Made by a program: the position numbers and the translations under genes | The notes under the pieces: model-generated | Database searches by the model: none | Seen by the model: only the letters and a program-made list of their open reading frames with translations | Told to the model about the DNA's origin: nothing | From: the human T2T-CHM13v2.0 reference genome, Homo sapiens | Assembly (NCBI RefSeq): GCF_009914755.1 | Contig: NC_060928.1 | DNA: 64,000 nucleotides | Reading direction: 5' to 3' (one strand) | Shown: piece by piece, positions 16,624 through 31,597 of the stretch | Layout of the letters: each line of letters begins with the position of its first letter | Position numbering within the stretch: the first letter of the stretch is position 1

Positions 16624-17139
16624 CTAACAAAGAAACATACACACAAATATTTTTAAATTTCACATATAAAAACAACTTCTTTAAGTTTTACAAACTTGAA
16701 GTCTATTTTATTCTTTCTTTAGAGTAGCTAAGACTAGAATGCCAGTAGTATATAACATTTTTTATGGATATTGAAAATAAGTAAGTTGATTAGTGAAGTG
16801 CCCTGGCAACTAAGATTCATTTCTGTATATGTAGTTGCTAGCACTGTGACAACATCTTGCTTTAGAAAGTCCTTCCTCATTTTTTCCCTTGGCTCAACTT
16901 ATCTAAAGATGACTCTCTTTCATCATTCCTTTTATTGACTCCAATTCATCTTCTTCTTCTGATTTACTTATTACTACTAAAATAGGATAGCCCCATCATC
17001 TTCACTGTCACTAAACTAATTAATGAATTTGATCAAATAGGCAAGTAGATAACTTCTGTCTATATGTTTTATTGTTGATTAATGTGTTTAAATATAAGGC
17101 TACAAGATTTCAGGGCAAGAGGAGGCTCAGATCTGTTGA

Positions 17140-17725
17140 ATACTTCTCACTAATAAGACAAAATCCAAACCCCTTAGCTTGAAGTCTGAGGCTATTTTAT
17201 ACTTCAACCCTAGGCTAACTTTTCAGCTTCATTGCCTGTGATTATCCAATCAACAGTATCTCTGCTGTAATAAATTCTATTCCCTTATGACACCAGATAT
17301 TTTAAGAATTGTATGACTTTATGCACCCTGTTTGCTCCTCTCTTACCTCCTCTTTTATAACATGCTCATAATTATCTCCCCAAAGGTGGTCATGGTTCTA
17401 GCTGCCAGGGCCATACGGCACCTGCTGCCTGGATTAACCCTTTCCCATCTTCCCCAACAAGCTAACTCCTCTGTGGTCTGGAAGACTCAGCACAAATACC
17501 TCTTCCAGGAAACCTTCCTGGCCAACCACTCTTCCCATTACTACTTCCAGAATGAGTATTTTGTGAGTGCAATAGCGTCTTAGGCACATACCCACCATAT
17601 GTTCATTGCATTCTGCCATATTCTTTATTTACTTACTTGCCTCCCCTACACAATCCTGAGATTTTTGTGAAATGAGACTTTATCTCTTGATCTTGAAGTC
17701 TACACCTAGCACAGTGCCAGAATGA
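17140..17725 (+). mobile_element. L2 3' fragment
   Basis: L2-like motifs ACCTCTTCCAGGAAACCTTCC and CACCTAGCACAGTGCC. Boundaries approximate. Confidence 0.6.
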
Positions 17726-17879
17726 AGGGAGGAAAATGTATCAGGGACTATCCTAGGCAATGTAAATGTAAGAGTAATGAGAAATATTGTCTCTGCCACT
17801 GAGGAACTCCACAATCTCGATAGGAAAAAGGATGCACGCGCTGGTAGCTGTAGTAGAATGTGAACAGGGTAGGATAGAG

Positions 17880-18251
17880 TTTGCATGAACTGAACATTTG
17901 TGTATCTCCATTCATACGCTGAAACTCTAACCTGCAATGTGATAGTATTTGGAGGTGGGGCCTTTGGGAGGTGATGAGGTTTCAATGAGGTCTAGATGAG
18001 GGTGGCATTTATATGGGATTAAAGTCCTTATAAGAAGGAGAAGAGACTAAAGCTCTCGCTCTCTCAGCCATGTGAGGAAACGCAAGAGGGCAACTGTCTG
18101 CAAACCAGGAAGCAGCCCGTTACCAGAGACCAAGTCTGCCAGCATCCTGATCCTGCACTTCCAGCCTTCAGAACTGTGAGAAATAAATGTTTGTCATTTA
18201 AGCCACCCAATCCATGGCATTTTATTGTAGCAGCTTGAACATACTAAGACA
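17880..18251 (+). mobile_element. MLT1A/B-like solo LTR (MaLR)
   Basis: CAATGTGATAGTATTTGGAGGTGGGGCCTTTGGGAGGTGA ... AGAACTGTGAGAAATAAA ... ACTAAGACA. Confidence 0.85.
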
Positions 18252-18318
18252 GACATATTGAACAAAATGCTAGAGTCCAAAGGGAAAAGGTAGTGCAAGA
18301 GTGAACTGGGAAGCCCTC

Positions 18319-18675
18319 TGATATGGTCTGGCTGTGTCCCACCCAAATCTCATCTTGAATTGTAGCTCCCATAATCCCCACTTGTTGTGGGAGGGAGCCA
18401 GTGGGAGATCACTGATAATGGGGCAGTTTTCCCCATACTGTTCTCATGGTAGTGAATAAGTCTCACAAAATCTGATGATTTTATAAGGGGTTTCACCTTT
18501 CACTTGGCTCTCATTCTTCTCTTGTCTGCCACCATGTGAGACGTGCCTTTTACCTTCCACCATGATTGTGAGGCCTCCCCAGTCATGTGGAACTGTAAGT
18601 CCATTAAACCTCTTTCTTTTGTAAATTGCCCAGTCTCAGGTATGTCTTTATCAGCAGCGTGAAAACAGACTAACA
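18319..18675 (+). mobile_element. THE1 solo LTR (THE1B/C-like)
   Basis: TGATATGGTCTGGCTGTGTCCCACCCAAATCTCATCTTGAATTGTAGCTCCC ... CAGCAGCGTGAAAACAGACTAACA. Confidence 0.92.
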
Positions 18676-19203
18676 CTCCTTCCAATGATAAATGTGGTTT
18701 GGGCAGCTTTGGGGGAATACAGCAGAGAGGCTCCCAGCTCCCTCTCTCTGTTTGCAGTAGATATGCCACATTCCCTGCGTGGAGAGGCAGGCAAGCAAGT
18801 GTCCTGGTAAAATTCGCCCAGGCAGACCAAAGACTCCATGCCTTATTGAGAGTGATTATTCAAATTAAATTTAATTATTTGACTAAGAAGTGGTATCCAT
18901 GCAAATAGATTTGCAATAAGGACTGGGCTGAAATATTAAAACATCTCCAGGACTACTTCTTAATTGAAAGAATCCGAGGATATCACAGATATTATATTTA
19001 TAAGGAGGCTGATGTTGGCCTGATTAAAAAAAAATGATGCATGAAGTGCAATATGACTCTCAGTTTGCTGAAGAAGACACAACACTGAAAGGCCGGCATA
19101 ATCTTGAGGATGAGTCAGAGTGGAGAGAAGACTAGACGGAAGAGGTTTGGGGTTGGTCGGTTCAGTTTATCCTTTCCTGTGATTTGTGAAGGAGGGGTTG
19201 GAC

Positions 19204-19555
19204 ATTATGGACTAAATGTTTGTGTTCCCCCAAAATTCATATGTTGAAATCCTAACCTCCAATGTGGTGGTATTAGGAGGTGGAGGCTTTGGGAGGTGAT
19301 TGAGTTATAAGGGTACAGCCCCCAAGAATGGGATTAGTGCCCTTATAAAAGGGACCACACAGATCTCTCTCGCTCTCTTTTCACAGTGTGAGAATACAGT
19401 GAAAAGTCAGCCATCTGCAGCCCAGAGAGGGTCCTCACCAGAACCTGACCATGATGGCAACCTCATCTCAGATTTCCAGCTTCCAGAACTGTGAGAAATA
19501 AATGTATGTTGTTTATAAGCAATAATGATTTGTTATAGCAGTCTGAACTAAGACA
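19204..19555 (+). mobile_element. MLT1A-like solo LTR (MaLR)
   Basis: TATGGACTAAATGTTTGTGTTCCCCCAAAATTCATATGTTGAAATCCTAAC ... AACTAAGACA. Confidence 0.88.
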
Positions 19556-20377
19556 AGAAGTAACATTTAAATATTTTGTTACAAGATTTAAAAATGCATG
19601 TTTTTCATAACAATAAAAACACTACAAAGATGCAGAAAGAAAAAGTTCAACATCTCTCCACTCCCCTTTCTGTTACCTTCCCTGCAAGCCAACAGAAGGC
19701 TTTGAATGCTTCCATGCCTTTCCCCGCTCACATTTATCCATACATGCCTTTGCACACTTAGACAGGGATTTCTGTTTGCTTTTGCCAAAGCAGAAGCATA
19801 CCATTCCTATCACCCTTCAATTTGCTTTTGTTGCTTATTTGTCATGACCATCTTACAAGTCAGCACATGCAGCTCTAACTCTATGCTTTTTTCCTGATAT
19901 CTTTAATATACTTAAAATTTTACACAATTGGTTCACTTACAGATATTTCTGATGCAGTCCTTTCTTTCCTTGTGCATACCCTCCGTTTCTTTCTTTCTAC
20001 CACCCCATCAAGGTTCAACTTTTTATTGATGTATTTCACTGAAGATGATTAACAGAACATATCGCATGAATAATTTTTCTCTTTTTTACATGTGGAGAAT
20101 GTATCACTTTTGATTTGGGTTAAGACATAACTTTTAAGTGTTTAGGAGCCAAGGAAAAGGAAAGGATTAAGTAATGATCATATATTATTCTGTAGATCTT
20201 TATTGAATTCGGTAAGGTTTATTGGATCTTGAGTTTTATTCCTTCAAAGGCATTCTTCACAGAATGCTAAGCAAGATAAACTCTCAAAATACCTGTCAAC
20301 CCCAAATTCTATGATTTATGATATCAATAAGCTTTTTTATCTTAAGCATTAGGCTCATGTGTGATCCTGATTTAAAA

Positions 20378-20396
20378 ATCGCCACTAGAGGGAGAT
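20378..20396 (+). promoter_or_regulatory. Candidate CTCF binding site
   Basis: TCGCCACTAGAGGGAG closely matches the CCASYAGRKGGCR core; motif only. Confidence 0.6.
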
Positions 20397-20842
20397 CGCA
20401 TCACAAACGTGAGGATATTTTAGGGCTGCAGAACTGTGCTTCCGATATAAGTTTGATGTAGTACCCAGTACAGTGTCCCGAACACAGATGAGGTTTAATA
20501 AAGATCTGTCAAAAAAAAAAATCCTGATGGAATCTCAATGGTATTCCACCTTTCAAAGTCTGTAACAAGATTCGTTCAATTCAACCTAAAGATGGGATCG
20601 TTAACTCAATGGTGTTATATCGTTATGATGTGATACTCTGAAGTTACTAGAAATCATGTATTAAGCGATGGTCATTTACATGAAAAATGTGACTTTTCTA
20701 CATCTAGCTGCGTATATAATAATATTCAAAAATTCATCTTTGCCTCAAACTCTAAATCCCTCTTTAACATTATTATTTTTAATAGTTTGATATTATTTTA
20801 AGGTGAACATCCTTATAACTACCTCCCAGGTCAAGAAACTGA

Positions 20843-21275
<433 letters not shown>

Positions 21276-22921
21276 TTAGGCTTGCCCATTTTTTGAAACT
21301 TGTCCTGTCTTTTAAGTCTCTCGTAGTCTTCGGGTTCCTCCTCCATTCTTTTGTTTTTCTTTATAATTTAACTATAGAAGAACCCAGACATTTGACTTGT
21401 AGGGTATACCAGCTTTTGAATCTTGCTTATCGCACACTCCTGGTGAAGTTAAACACGTTCCCCATTCTTTCTATTTCTGAACCTCGGCAGCTGAATCAAC
21501 AAGAGTGGGCTGGGCTTCATTCCATTCACAAGACTAGAAGTGGCTAAGCTGTTCTTTCACCAGAAGCCACATCATTCTGATTTCCCTCTTTTTGTGATGT
21601 TAGCAGCTGTAGATGCTCCATGTCTTCATTCATTAATTCAACGTGTTACCAAATGGTAATATTGTATTCAATCTTTTTTTCACTTATTAGAAAATGCACA
21701 TGGAAATGCTTTTGTAAATACATCATTCCTCTCTTCTACTATTTGCTCCTAAGGACAGAAGTCTGTAACCATTATAGTGATTGGCTTCTCTACCACATGA
21801 CTACACCGTTTACTCCTACCAACTGAAGCTTGCAAAGAGAGAGTAGGAAATTGCTAGACCCTTAGGGAATTATTCAAAAAGCAAACCTGTTCATTTCTTC
21901 CTTGGTGTTGAATAAGAGGGGAAAATGCACGAGTAAGCGTAAAACTAAAGGTTGACGAACACTGTGGGAGGCTTGAGAGAGGGCCTGGGACATGACAGCC
22001 ATGCCTGGATTTCACAGCCATGGTCAGCATGGGCACAGGGAGGCAGGAGAGACATGCCCAGGAGTCGCTTTTGCAGGTTCTCCCCATTGTCTGGATTGCA
22101 TACCACAAGGGAGAAGTGATGGATTAGTCCCTCCACACCGGAATGAGGAGAATAGCATTCCTGCTCCTACCCTCAAAGGCAAGGACACATCTGTATTTTG
22201 CCTCCCAACATGGCACAGAAATGTTAAAGATGCTGGGTTGTGACTGGACATGGCAACACAGGCTGCTAAAAGCTATTTCTTGAAAAAACTATGTATCATA
22301 AGAAATGTGGTTTTTAGGCTTTTTAAAAAAGCTGTAGGCACTTCTGTGAATTTAAAATAAGCTTCTCCACTGAAAAATGCACATGGGAATACACAAACCT
22401 TTTCATATTCTATTTCAAAGTTCTCACATACCCCTGCAGCCCAGTCATAAATAGGCACTAGAGCAATACATTCTCAACCTTGGCTATACATTGAAGTCAT
22501 CTGTAGAATTAAAAAATACTGATGACTGGGTCCCACCCAATATATCTTTAGCGACCATTAGAAAATCACATAATATTTTATGGGATGGCAAGAATCAGAG
22601 TCTTCAAGGACAAGAATCCCGGCAACTCCAGTGAGAGGCTGTCTCCACCAGACAGAATATCTACTACATTCTCCAAACTCAAATTTTCCTTTGGCATCAA
22701 GCAGACTAAGAAATTACTGTTCATTTGTGCCTCAGAAGCTAAGTAATACTAGTCTCTTGATAGTGGTAAACATCTTCAAGTAATGAACCATATTTTCAAA
22801 TGTATGAAGGATTTTCTGAGATGCCACTTGTTTGTCCTTACAGAGACCTAAGTATGCATATATCATCTTGAAGTTCTTTGAAAGATCAGGAATAACATCT
22901 TGACTTTCAACTGCAAGTTAG

Positions 22922-23246
<325 letters not shown>

Positions 23247-23977
23247 TATGTGCCATTTTTAATAACACAGGAGTAATGAGGGCAAGTGGCTAGCCTAGTG
23301 GCTTTTACTCAGAAGAGAGCAGGTGCAAACGTTTGCTGAATATATGTGGAGAGAAGTTGGCAAGAATATACATGATGAATGAGGAAGCTGGTGACACAGT
23401 GAGACACTAGGTAAACTGAGTGTATTTAAAGAGCTTAAAGAGAACAACAGTGTAGAATATATCAGTGGGAAGATGACAATATGTTCTCCCGCACTGAAAA
23501 GTGACTTCTAAGAAGCTAGAAGCCTGTCTCCTTTCTCCACCACTAGAAAGCCCAGCGCCCATCCCGATGCTTGGAACATCATGTACACACTACAAATATT
23601 GGTCAGCTCTATGAGCCAAGAGTTATCCAGTTGCCTTTCCTACAATTTATTCTTTTGACAGGAGACAACATATTTTAAATATTTAAAATTCGAAATATTT
23701 CAAATATAGAGAAAATAGGATAACATACACCCAGTCACTTCCTACCCAAATTTGACACAGGCTAACATTGCCTTTTCTACATTTTTGAGTCTAATAGTAA
23801 GTGTCATTCCATGTCAAACAACCCCCAAAACTTTAATAGTAAACACATGTCTTTGAGATGACACTGTCACTATTTAAGTTGAAGGTGAAGTAAGGAAATC
23901 GCTCTGAAAAATTTCCACGGCAGATTGAGAGACGAGTAAAATGAAACAATGGAAACAGTGGCCCAAATATGTTATAC

Positions 23978-24040
23978 GTGTGTGTGTGTGTGTATATATA
24001 TACACACATATATACACATATATATGCATATCTATAGATA
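23978..24040. repeat. Compound (GT)n/(TA)n/(CA) microsatellite
   Basis: GTGTGTGTGTGTGTGTATATATATACACACATATATACACATATATATGCATATCTATAGATA. Confidence 0.9.
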
Positions 24041-24436
24041 TGTTCTATTTAAATCAGTTTCTATTTAAATCAGTTTAGAGGAAGTAAAATGGCAGTTTGA
24101 GTGTGTTGACTTTGTGGCTTGACTAATATCTACTGTTCTCTCATATGGGAAATGGAGGAGGGGTGGGCATGTGCTTCCAGGCAAAGAGTTATTAAATGCC
24201 ACAGTCAATCCTGTCAGTCTGGGTTAATTAGCTGCCTGCCTACACCCCCTTCCCAGCCTCCTTTTTTCACCCCCTTGAGACTCTGTAACAGTTATAGAGG
24301 TACTCACTATAAGCTCTACAGTGACCCAGAAAAATTAGGACCGCGAAACTGCAGCAAATGCAAGGCCGAAGACTTTCAGCATCCCAGCTTCCAAGGGCCT
24401 TAGACTGAGAGGACATGTGTTAAGAAGTAATACCCT

Positions 24437-24868
<432 letters not shown>

Positions 24869-25129
24869 TCAGAAATCATTACTAGAAATCAGTCGCTGGG
24901 GATTTTCTGATTCCATTTTCCATGAGAGTCCATAGGGTGCTCTTTCACTTCCGCCCATTCTGTCTTCCCCAAATAACTCCTCCTCCTGAAAGTCATTTTA
25001 GAGCCACCTGCTTACACCGTTTGGAGCTGTTACACTGTCACCGAAACAAATTAGCCTAATGGTTCCGAAACCATTACAGGTCATCAGAGTTCCTGGAAAG
25101 GCGAGAATAAATTTCATTAAAAGAACCGA

Positions 25130-25384
<255 letters not shown>

Positions 25385-25738
25385 TTAAAGTTTCCATTTT
25401 TGAAGCTATGCTTTAAAAAGGAAGAAAGATAGCATCTGCCTACAGATGGAGCCAAGAAAATAATACAGAGAACTAATGCTGAGTTGAAAGTAATGGTAAT
25501 GATATTAAGCAATGTGGACTTATAGGCGTTCGCAATGACACATTTGTTTCTGATTGAAGTTAATTAAGACCATTTGGTTTCTTTACTGCTACCACATGCG
25601 ACCTTTTAAAAAGAAAAAGAAAATAGGTAGGCTTTTTTGGAGGGATTCCAGACTTCAGTATTTGAATGTCAATGCAGAAGAAAAATGCTGAATGCATGCC
25701 CTGACATGGCTATTGCATTTGTCAGCTGTTGTACTTAC

Positions 25739-25846
25739 TACAGTTATTCAGACTGTTGTTCGGGTCACAGAGAGAGCTACCACCACATGAATCAAGGCAG
25801 GGATTGTAGAGGCATCTTTGGTCTCCTTCTTGACATGAAGTCTGAA
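25739..25846 (-). CDS. CORIN: CORIN exon 10 (108 bp, phase 1-1), degenerate LDLRA repeat 5: QTSCQEGDQRCLYNPCLDSCGGSSLCDPNNSLNNC
   Basis: Acceptor ctctgtag|TT CAG, donor TGT A|gtaagt. Not in the ORF track; found by manual translation; joins exons 9 and 11 in frame. Confidence 0.95.
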
Positions 25847-27072
25847 CTACAGAGGGAGGAAAAGGCACATTGGCTTTCATCATCTACAAATTCCTTACCT
25901 AAGGATCTAAAAGATCAGGAATGTCTGATGGAGCTGAGGAATAACACAACTTTAATTTCCTTCCAATTTCTCCAAAAGTATTGAACGTACGTTGAATAGG
26001 TGCTTTCTGGATTCATTTTCCTGGTAATTAAATACAATCCAGGTATTCCAAAATAGGAATGAAGAAATAAGAGACAAACTACACTAAAAACAGGTGGTTG
26101 TTGCATTTAATGGGAAAAAAATAGTGTTTTCTTTTTACATGGGTGCCAACACTTGATTACAAAATAAAATTCAAGAGATTTGAGGGACAGAGAACGTTAT
26201 AAAAATCTTGAAATTCTGAATATTAAGTGACACTTTTTTAAGACTCATTTGCTCCCAATTCTAGTCTCCCTCTAAGGAAAATGCTTTCTCTAGTAATAAA
26301 TAGGGCATCAACACCAATACAATAAGGATACTTTACCATAATACAAGTGTTATGCAGCTGTTATCCATATTTTCAATATGTCCTTGGAAAGTGTCATCAG
26401 CCTAGCTGTGATGACTTGAGAACTGGGTTTCTTGTTTCTAAGTGAATGACAGCAGTAGTATCAGTGTTTGCCCTAATGATTTTTCCTTAAGGTAGGTAGA
26501 GAGGAAACTGCTTTTCCTTGATTCCCTGGTCATTTGTAGATTAAATGGAGAAGGTAATAAATTACTGCCCATTCACTCTCTCCCCCATTACGATCAATTA
26601 CCTTCAGGCATGTCATCTGGAATCTAGTCAACCTTGCAAGGCACTTTTAAGTATAAATAATAGTATGTGTGTATGTATAATCATTCTTACCTATAATTCT
26701 AAGATGATGTTTATTATACTGAAATATTTATCCTTTCCAGTACCACTAATGTGCAAATTAATACACAAAGCCTTGCAGAAAAGAGATGTCACTCTTTTTT
26801 TAATGTCAGCAGGGTCAAAATTTTTTCTCAAAGCAAACCTAAACAATTTCTGTGAGTTTAGGCTCTTGAGGAGGTTTTATTGACATCATGCATTCATTAT
26901 TTTGGCAAATATTAAGTGCATGCCATGTGACAATCTATGTGACAAGCTAGGCACTGAGCATTAAAACATAAAAGGGCATAATACCCCCTGGGAAGTGGCT
27001 TGTGCTCTGATAGAGGTATCATCCTGAACAAAACCTTCTGATGCTGTGTGATCACTGCTTTATGGAAGACAT

Positions 27073-27218
27073 ATTTATTTTTACTTATTTATTGTTTCAT
27101 AGAGATGGGGGTCTTGCTATATTGCCCAGGCTAGTCTCAAACTCCTGGTCTCAAGTAATTCTCCTGCCTCGGCCACCCAAAGTGCTGGGATTACAGGCAT
27201 GTGCTACCACGCCCAGCT
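27073..27218 (-). mobile_element. FLAM / free left Alu monomer inside an L2 fragment (about 26890-27440)
   Basis: Single reverse monomer AGAGATGGGGGTCTTGCTATATTGCCCAGGCT...CACGCCCAGC. Confidence 0.85.
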
Positions 27219-28479
27219 AAAATACATTTAAAGAGCAGTAGAAGCCAATGAGACCAGTATGGGGAAGTTTCTCAAAGGACTTTTCCAAGTCATGGTAAGA
27301 GGAAAGGATGGGTTTCCCAAGCCAAGAAACAGCACATGCAAAGGCCTAGAATAGGGAAGTGCACAGGTCAAAGTAACTGGAGCTTCAACCACTGAGAAAG
27401 GGGCTGAGAGAGGCTAGACAGATAGGCAGGGACAGAGCCTGAAGAGTTTCAAAGGCCTGACTCTTCAGCAAGACCCAAAGTCTCCAGAGAAGTGGCCCCT
27501 GCTTCCCTTTCCAGCTCTGTCTAGCAGAACAAACCTGCAACCCATGCTGACAATTATGTAGTATTTAGTACCAGGCCCCCTTTCGTTCTCAGCTCTCTAA
27601 TCACAATGGTCTGCCTTCTCTCATGGTCCTCCTACACATGCCTTGCACCTTCCCACCACAGGAATTTTGGTCAAGCGGTGCCTTGTGTCTCAATTGCTTT
27701 TTCAAGCCCCGTTCTTTTTGGTTAACCCCACTCATCCTTCAGGTCTGAGCTCCAGTATCTCTTCCTCAGGGAAGCTTTGTCTGAGGCGCTTTACCAGGGC
27801 ATGCACCCTATTAAGGGCATCCAAGCACCCTGAATTTCCCTTCTTAGCCTCTGTTGCTGCATGGTTAAGCATTGACTTGCCTAATAATTCGTAGCATGCC
27901 TATGTCCCCCAGGAGTCTGCAAGCTCCATCAGCGGTTTTGCTTACCACTGAATTCCCAGGGGATGGCCACATATAAACACCACAATATACATTTTTTGAG
28001 TTGAATCCATTAAAGTGAACAATATAAAAATACTAAAATTTTACTTTTAAATCTGTTTTATCATATGACTTTCTTACATCTCACACATGTAAGGAAATAA
28101 TCTACAAAGCCTGCCATTTCATCATGAAAAATCCAAAATTATTTCAGAGTTGAATTATACAGAAAGAAAGAATAGTTTGATGCAAACAGAAGTGCTCGGT
28201 TGATATGCACACAATAAATTACGTTTAATAAAGGATTTCATTCTGAATTTAAAAACTGGTAAAACAAAGCACTCTTTATATATTATTTTTATGTAATAAG
28301 TCTGTGACTGAAAAGCTCTCCCTTTAGGTCTTGGGCATTTTTCCATTAAAGTTATTCTAATGATCAATATGCATTACGACAAACCTAATTTATCTATAGG
28401 TGACCAGTCTCATTGGCTGATTATGAATATACACAGCCCAAGATATGCTTTAATGTAGTAGCCATGTAATAAAAGCTCA

Positions 28480-28650
28480 CATATATTGAGTTTTTGCCAT
28501 ATGCCAACACTATGAAGTAGTTATCACTATTCTGAGTGTACAGACACGCAAACTGAGACCTAAAAGGGATGTAAGTATCTTGCCAAAAGTCACCATATAG
28601 TAAGTAGCAGACCGAGGCTTGATCCTGGGTATCAGGGCTGCAACAATCAT
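28480..28650. mobile_element. MIR fragment
   Basis: ACAGA...AAACTGAGACC...CTTGCCAAAAGTCAC...AGTAAGTAGCAGA. Confidence 0.7.
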
Positions 28651-29283
28651 GTTATTAACAACTAGGCTGTGCCCGTGTAGTATAAACAAATGTGATGTTT
28701 GAGTCTAGGCATATTCTTCCCTGGACCCTACTGAGAGGCTTCCACACACACTGGAGCTGCATAGAACTTTCTTTTCTGACAGAAATAGTTACATTTAAAA
28801 AACAATTTATTGGATCTAGTTTTTCTTTTTGAGATTCACACGCAGATATCAAATCCTTTTAAAGTGTATTGCTCGGTAATAAGAGGCATTAAACCGCTTC
28901 TCTGAACATGATTATTTTAGGAAGACATTACATTTCCTTTCAGAAGCCAATTTCTTCTCACTGGAATCTAATCTGATTTAATTGGATGCTATACACTAAA
29001 CTTCTCTCTTTATCACGGCTTTCCCCATCGAACAGTTAAGTGAATCTGACCATGCTGTTCAGGTGTCTCACCTGAGGAATGATTTTCAGTGTAAGTTGCT
29101 TGAGAATTATGTTTAGCACAAGAAAGTGTTTCCTGGCTGACTAGGGCTGTGAGGACCACTATGTTAGGCAATCTGGGATTATTTACATGGGAATCCTACT
29201 TAAGCAACTTCAAATGTGTTCCTTTGTTCCCAAGGAGAGGACCACCAGTAAAGGAACGTTCTGGGGTGGTGGGACACACTTAC

Positions 29284-29400
29284 TGACGCTGCAGTTCTCC
29301 TCATCACTCCCATCCTTGCAGTCCTCGTCACCATCACATTGAAACGTGCTGGGGATACATTGTCCATTTCTGCATTCCACCAGACCCTGGCTGTGACAGG
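29284..29400 (-). CDS. CORIN: CORIN exon 9 (117 bp, phase 1-1), LDLRA repeat 4: [38 protein letters not shown]
   Basis: Acceptor ccttcctag|CC TGT, donor GTC A|gtaagt; contained in ORF 29210..29419. Confidence 0.97.
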
Positions 29401-29659
29401 CTAGGAAGGACCAGAACAATATTCACTTTATTTATTAATTCTTCTCTCTCAATCTGCACATCAAATAAGCAACAGCCATTTATCAAGCATCGCTAAGAAA
29501 CAAGGTGTTCTGCACACACAAATGAACATATCATTGATTTTATTTCTAGAATTTTTCCTGCCTTATTGAACAGCACTTACCAAGATTAACTTTTTCTTGA
29601 GAACTGTGTGATTGTTTTTAGTGATGGAAGTATCATGATCCTACTTACTAATAAAAATG

Positions 29660-29880
29660 ACAATTTGTAAAGGGTTCATTATATGGCAAGAGCTGTGCTA
29701 ACTGCATTGTATATATAATCTCAAATTCTCATATAAATCTTGTAAAGTAGATACTATCATCTTTGTTTTACAGATGAGAAACTAAAGTTTACAGAGCATA
29801 GTACTTGCTCAAAGTCCCATGGCTAAGAGCTACAGCCAGAATGTGAAGGCAAGCTTTTTGGACTCTCAGCCCCAATATTT
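29660..29880. mobile_element. MIR fragment
   Basis: TTTTACAGATGAGAAACTAAAG...ACTTGCTCAAAGTCCCATGGCTAAG. Confidence 0.75.
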
Positions 29881-30713
29881 CATTATTTATCTACTTGACC
29901 TCATAAGCCAACAAAATAGTATATGGGAAAGAACTTGCATAGTAACTAACACATAATAAACACTTTATTTCAACACTTGTTTATGACAACTGATATTTGA
30001 AAGGGATGGCCTAATATCCATTAACCTTCTAATTCCTATCGGTTCTCTAAATTCTATACCTATTGTCTTTTAGAGTATCGGAAACCCATGGATCATGTGA
30101 CCTCAGCCTTCACTGAATTACTAATATTATGACCTCTCTGTTCTTGAGTCAAGACTCCACACCAGAAGTGTTCTACCTGAGCACCATGTCCTTGCTTCTC
30201 CAAGATCTAGTGAGATACAGTCCACTCTGTTCCACTGTGTCCACTAGGCAAGGACTCGGAGGACATCCCACTTCAAATCCATTTCAGGGAAGAGGAGAGC
30301 TACGCATTGTGACTTTTTATATGACTTTTCTTATGTCAAAATAAAAACTATGTAATCCACATTTCTATTTTTGCCTCAAATTATAAGCCAATTAAATATT
30401 CAATCTCATGTATATAATCAACTTTCTTACTTTTACTAGACACAAAAAGATGAAATGAAAAGTATAATTAATTCAAACATGCAAAAGAACATATCACATT
30501 AACTCTTTCAGGTCAACTGCACTCTCTCTTAAGACCTGACAGCTTCTATTCAATCATGTATATTATTCTCTAATGGGTATAGTATATTTTCCAGGGGGAA
30601 AAAGTGTTAATAGCCATACTTGTTATTAGTTTGAAGTATAACAACTGTCTGAAGATTTTCATTCACACAGAAACACAACAGTTTATAAATTTATATTATT
30701 ACTACGTTCTCTC

Positions 30714-30997
30714 TTTTTTTTTTTTTAAAGATGGAGTTTCACCCTGTCACCCAGGCTGGAGGGCAATGGCTTGATCTTGACTCAGTGTAATCTCCACCTC
30801 CCTGGTTCATGCCAGTCTCCTGCCTCAGCCTCCTGAGTAGCTGGGACTACAGGCACCTGCCACCACACCCAGCTAATTTTTGTATTTTTACTAGAGACTG
30901 TTGGCCAGGCTGGTCTCAAACTCCTGACCTCAGGTCATCTACCCATCTCTGCCTCCCAAAGTGCTGGGACTACAGGCGTGAGCCACCATGCCCGGCC
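30714..30997 (-). mobile_element. AluS
   Basis: Reverse Alu with small internal deletions. Confidence 0.93.
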
Positions 30998-31486
30998 TAT
31001 TATGCTCTCTTTGTATCATCATATGAACATTAAAGGCTCTCTTCTCTCTGACGATTCTTTCCATGTTCTTCCACAAATGGCCCCTGAAAACATGTTAGGG
31101 CACTCCTGCAGGGAAGCTTAACTACTCATGTATTGTTTGCAGAAGAAAGGTTCCCCATTCTGTGGGCAGAGCATCACCTTTGACAAAGTCACAGAAGCAT
31201 AAAAGAGACATATGGAGCAACGAGAGAGAAAACAGACACCCACTTGGCTAGATCAGCCAAATGAAGCTTGGAGTTTTGCAGGGAGAGGTGTGGAAGTCAG
31301 ATACACTCCATTGCTATTGTCATCCCATGACTCAGTGATCTTTACAGGCTAGAACCAAAGCATAAGAATCTTTCCCTTGGAATGCTGTGTATATAGTGAG
31401 TCTTAAGTACAGTCCTCAACCTTGAGTACAGCCTAAAGAACCAGAAATGGAAAAATAAGCAAAACAAACGTCCTCAGAGCACTCAC

Positions 31487-31597
31487 AGCAGTTGACCTCG
31501 TCAGACTTATCCACACAGTCGTGGTCACCATCACACACCCACTCCATGGCGATGCAGCGCCCGTCCCCGCAGCGATGCTCTGTTGTGGGATTGCAAT
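31487..31597 (-). CDS. CORIN: CORIN exon 8 (111 bp, phase 1-1), LDLRA repeat 3: [36 protein letters not shown]
   Basis: Acceptor ttctccag|AT TGC, donor TGC T|gtgagt; canonical LDLRA cysteine and acidic pattern. Confidence 0.96.

Noticed and set aside
16977-16985. CTAAAATAG as a MEF2 site (also near 40358)
   Set aside because: One base short of the CTA(A/T)4TAG consensus and common in AT-rich DNA.
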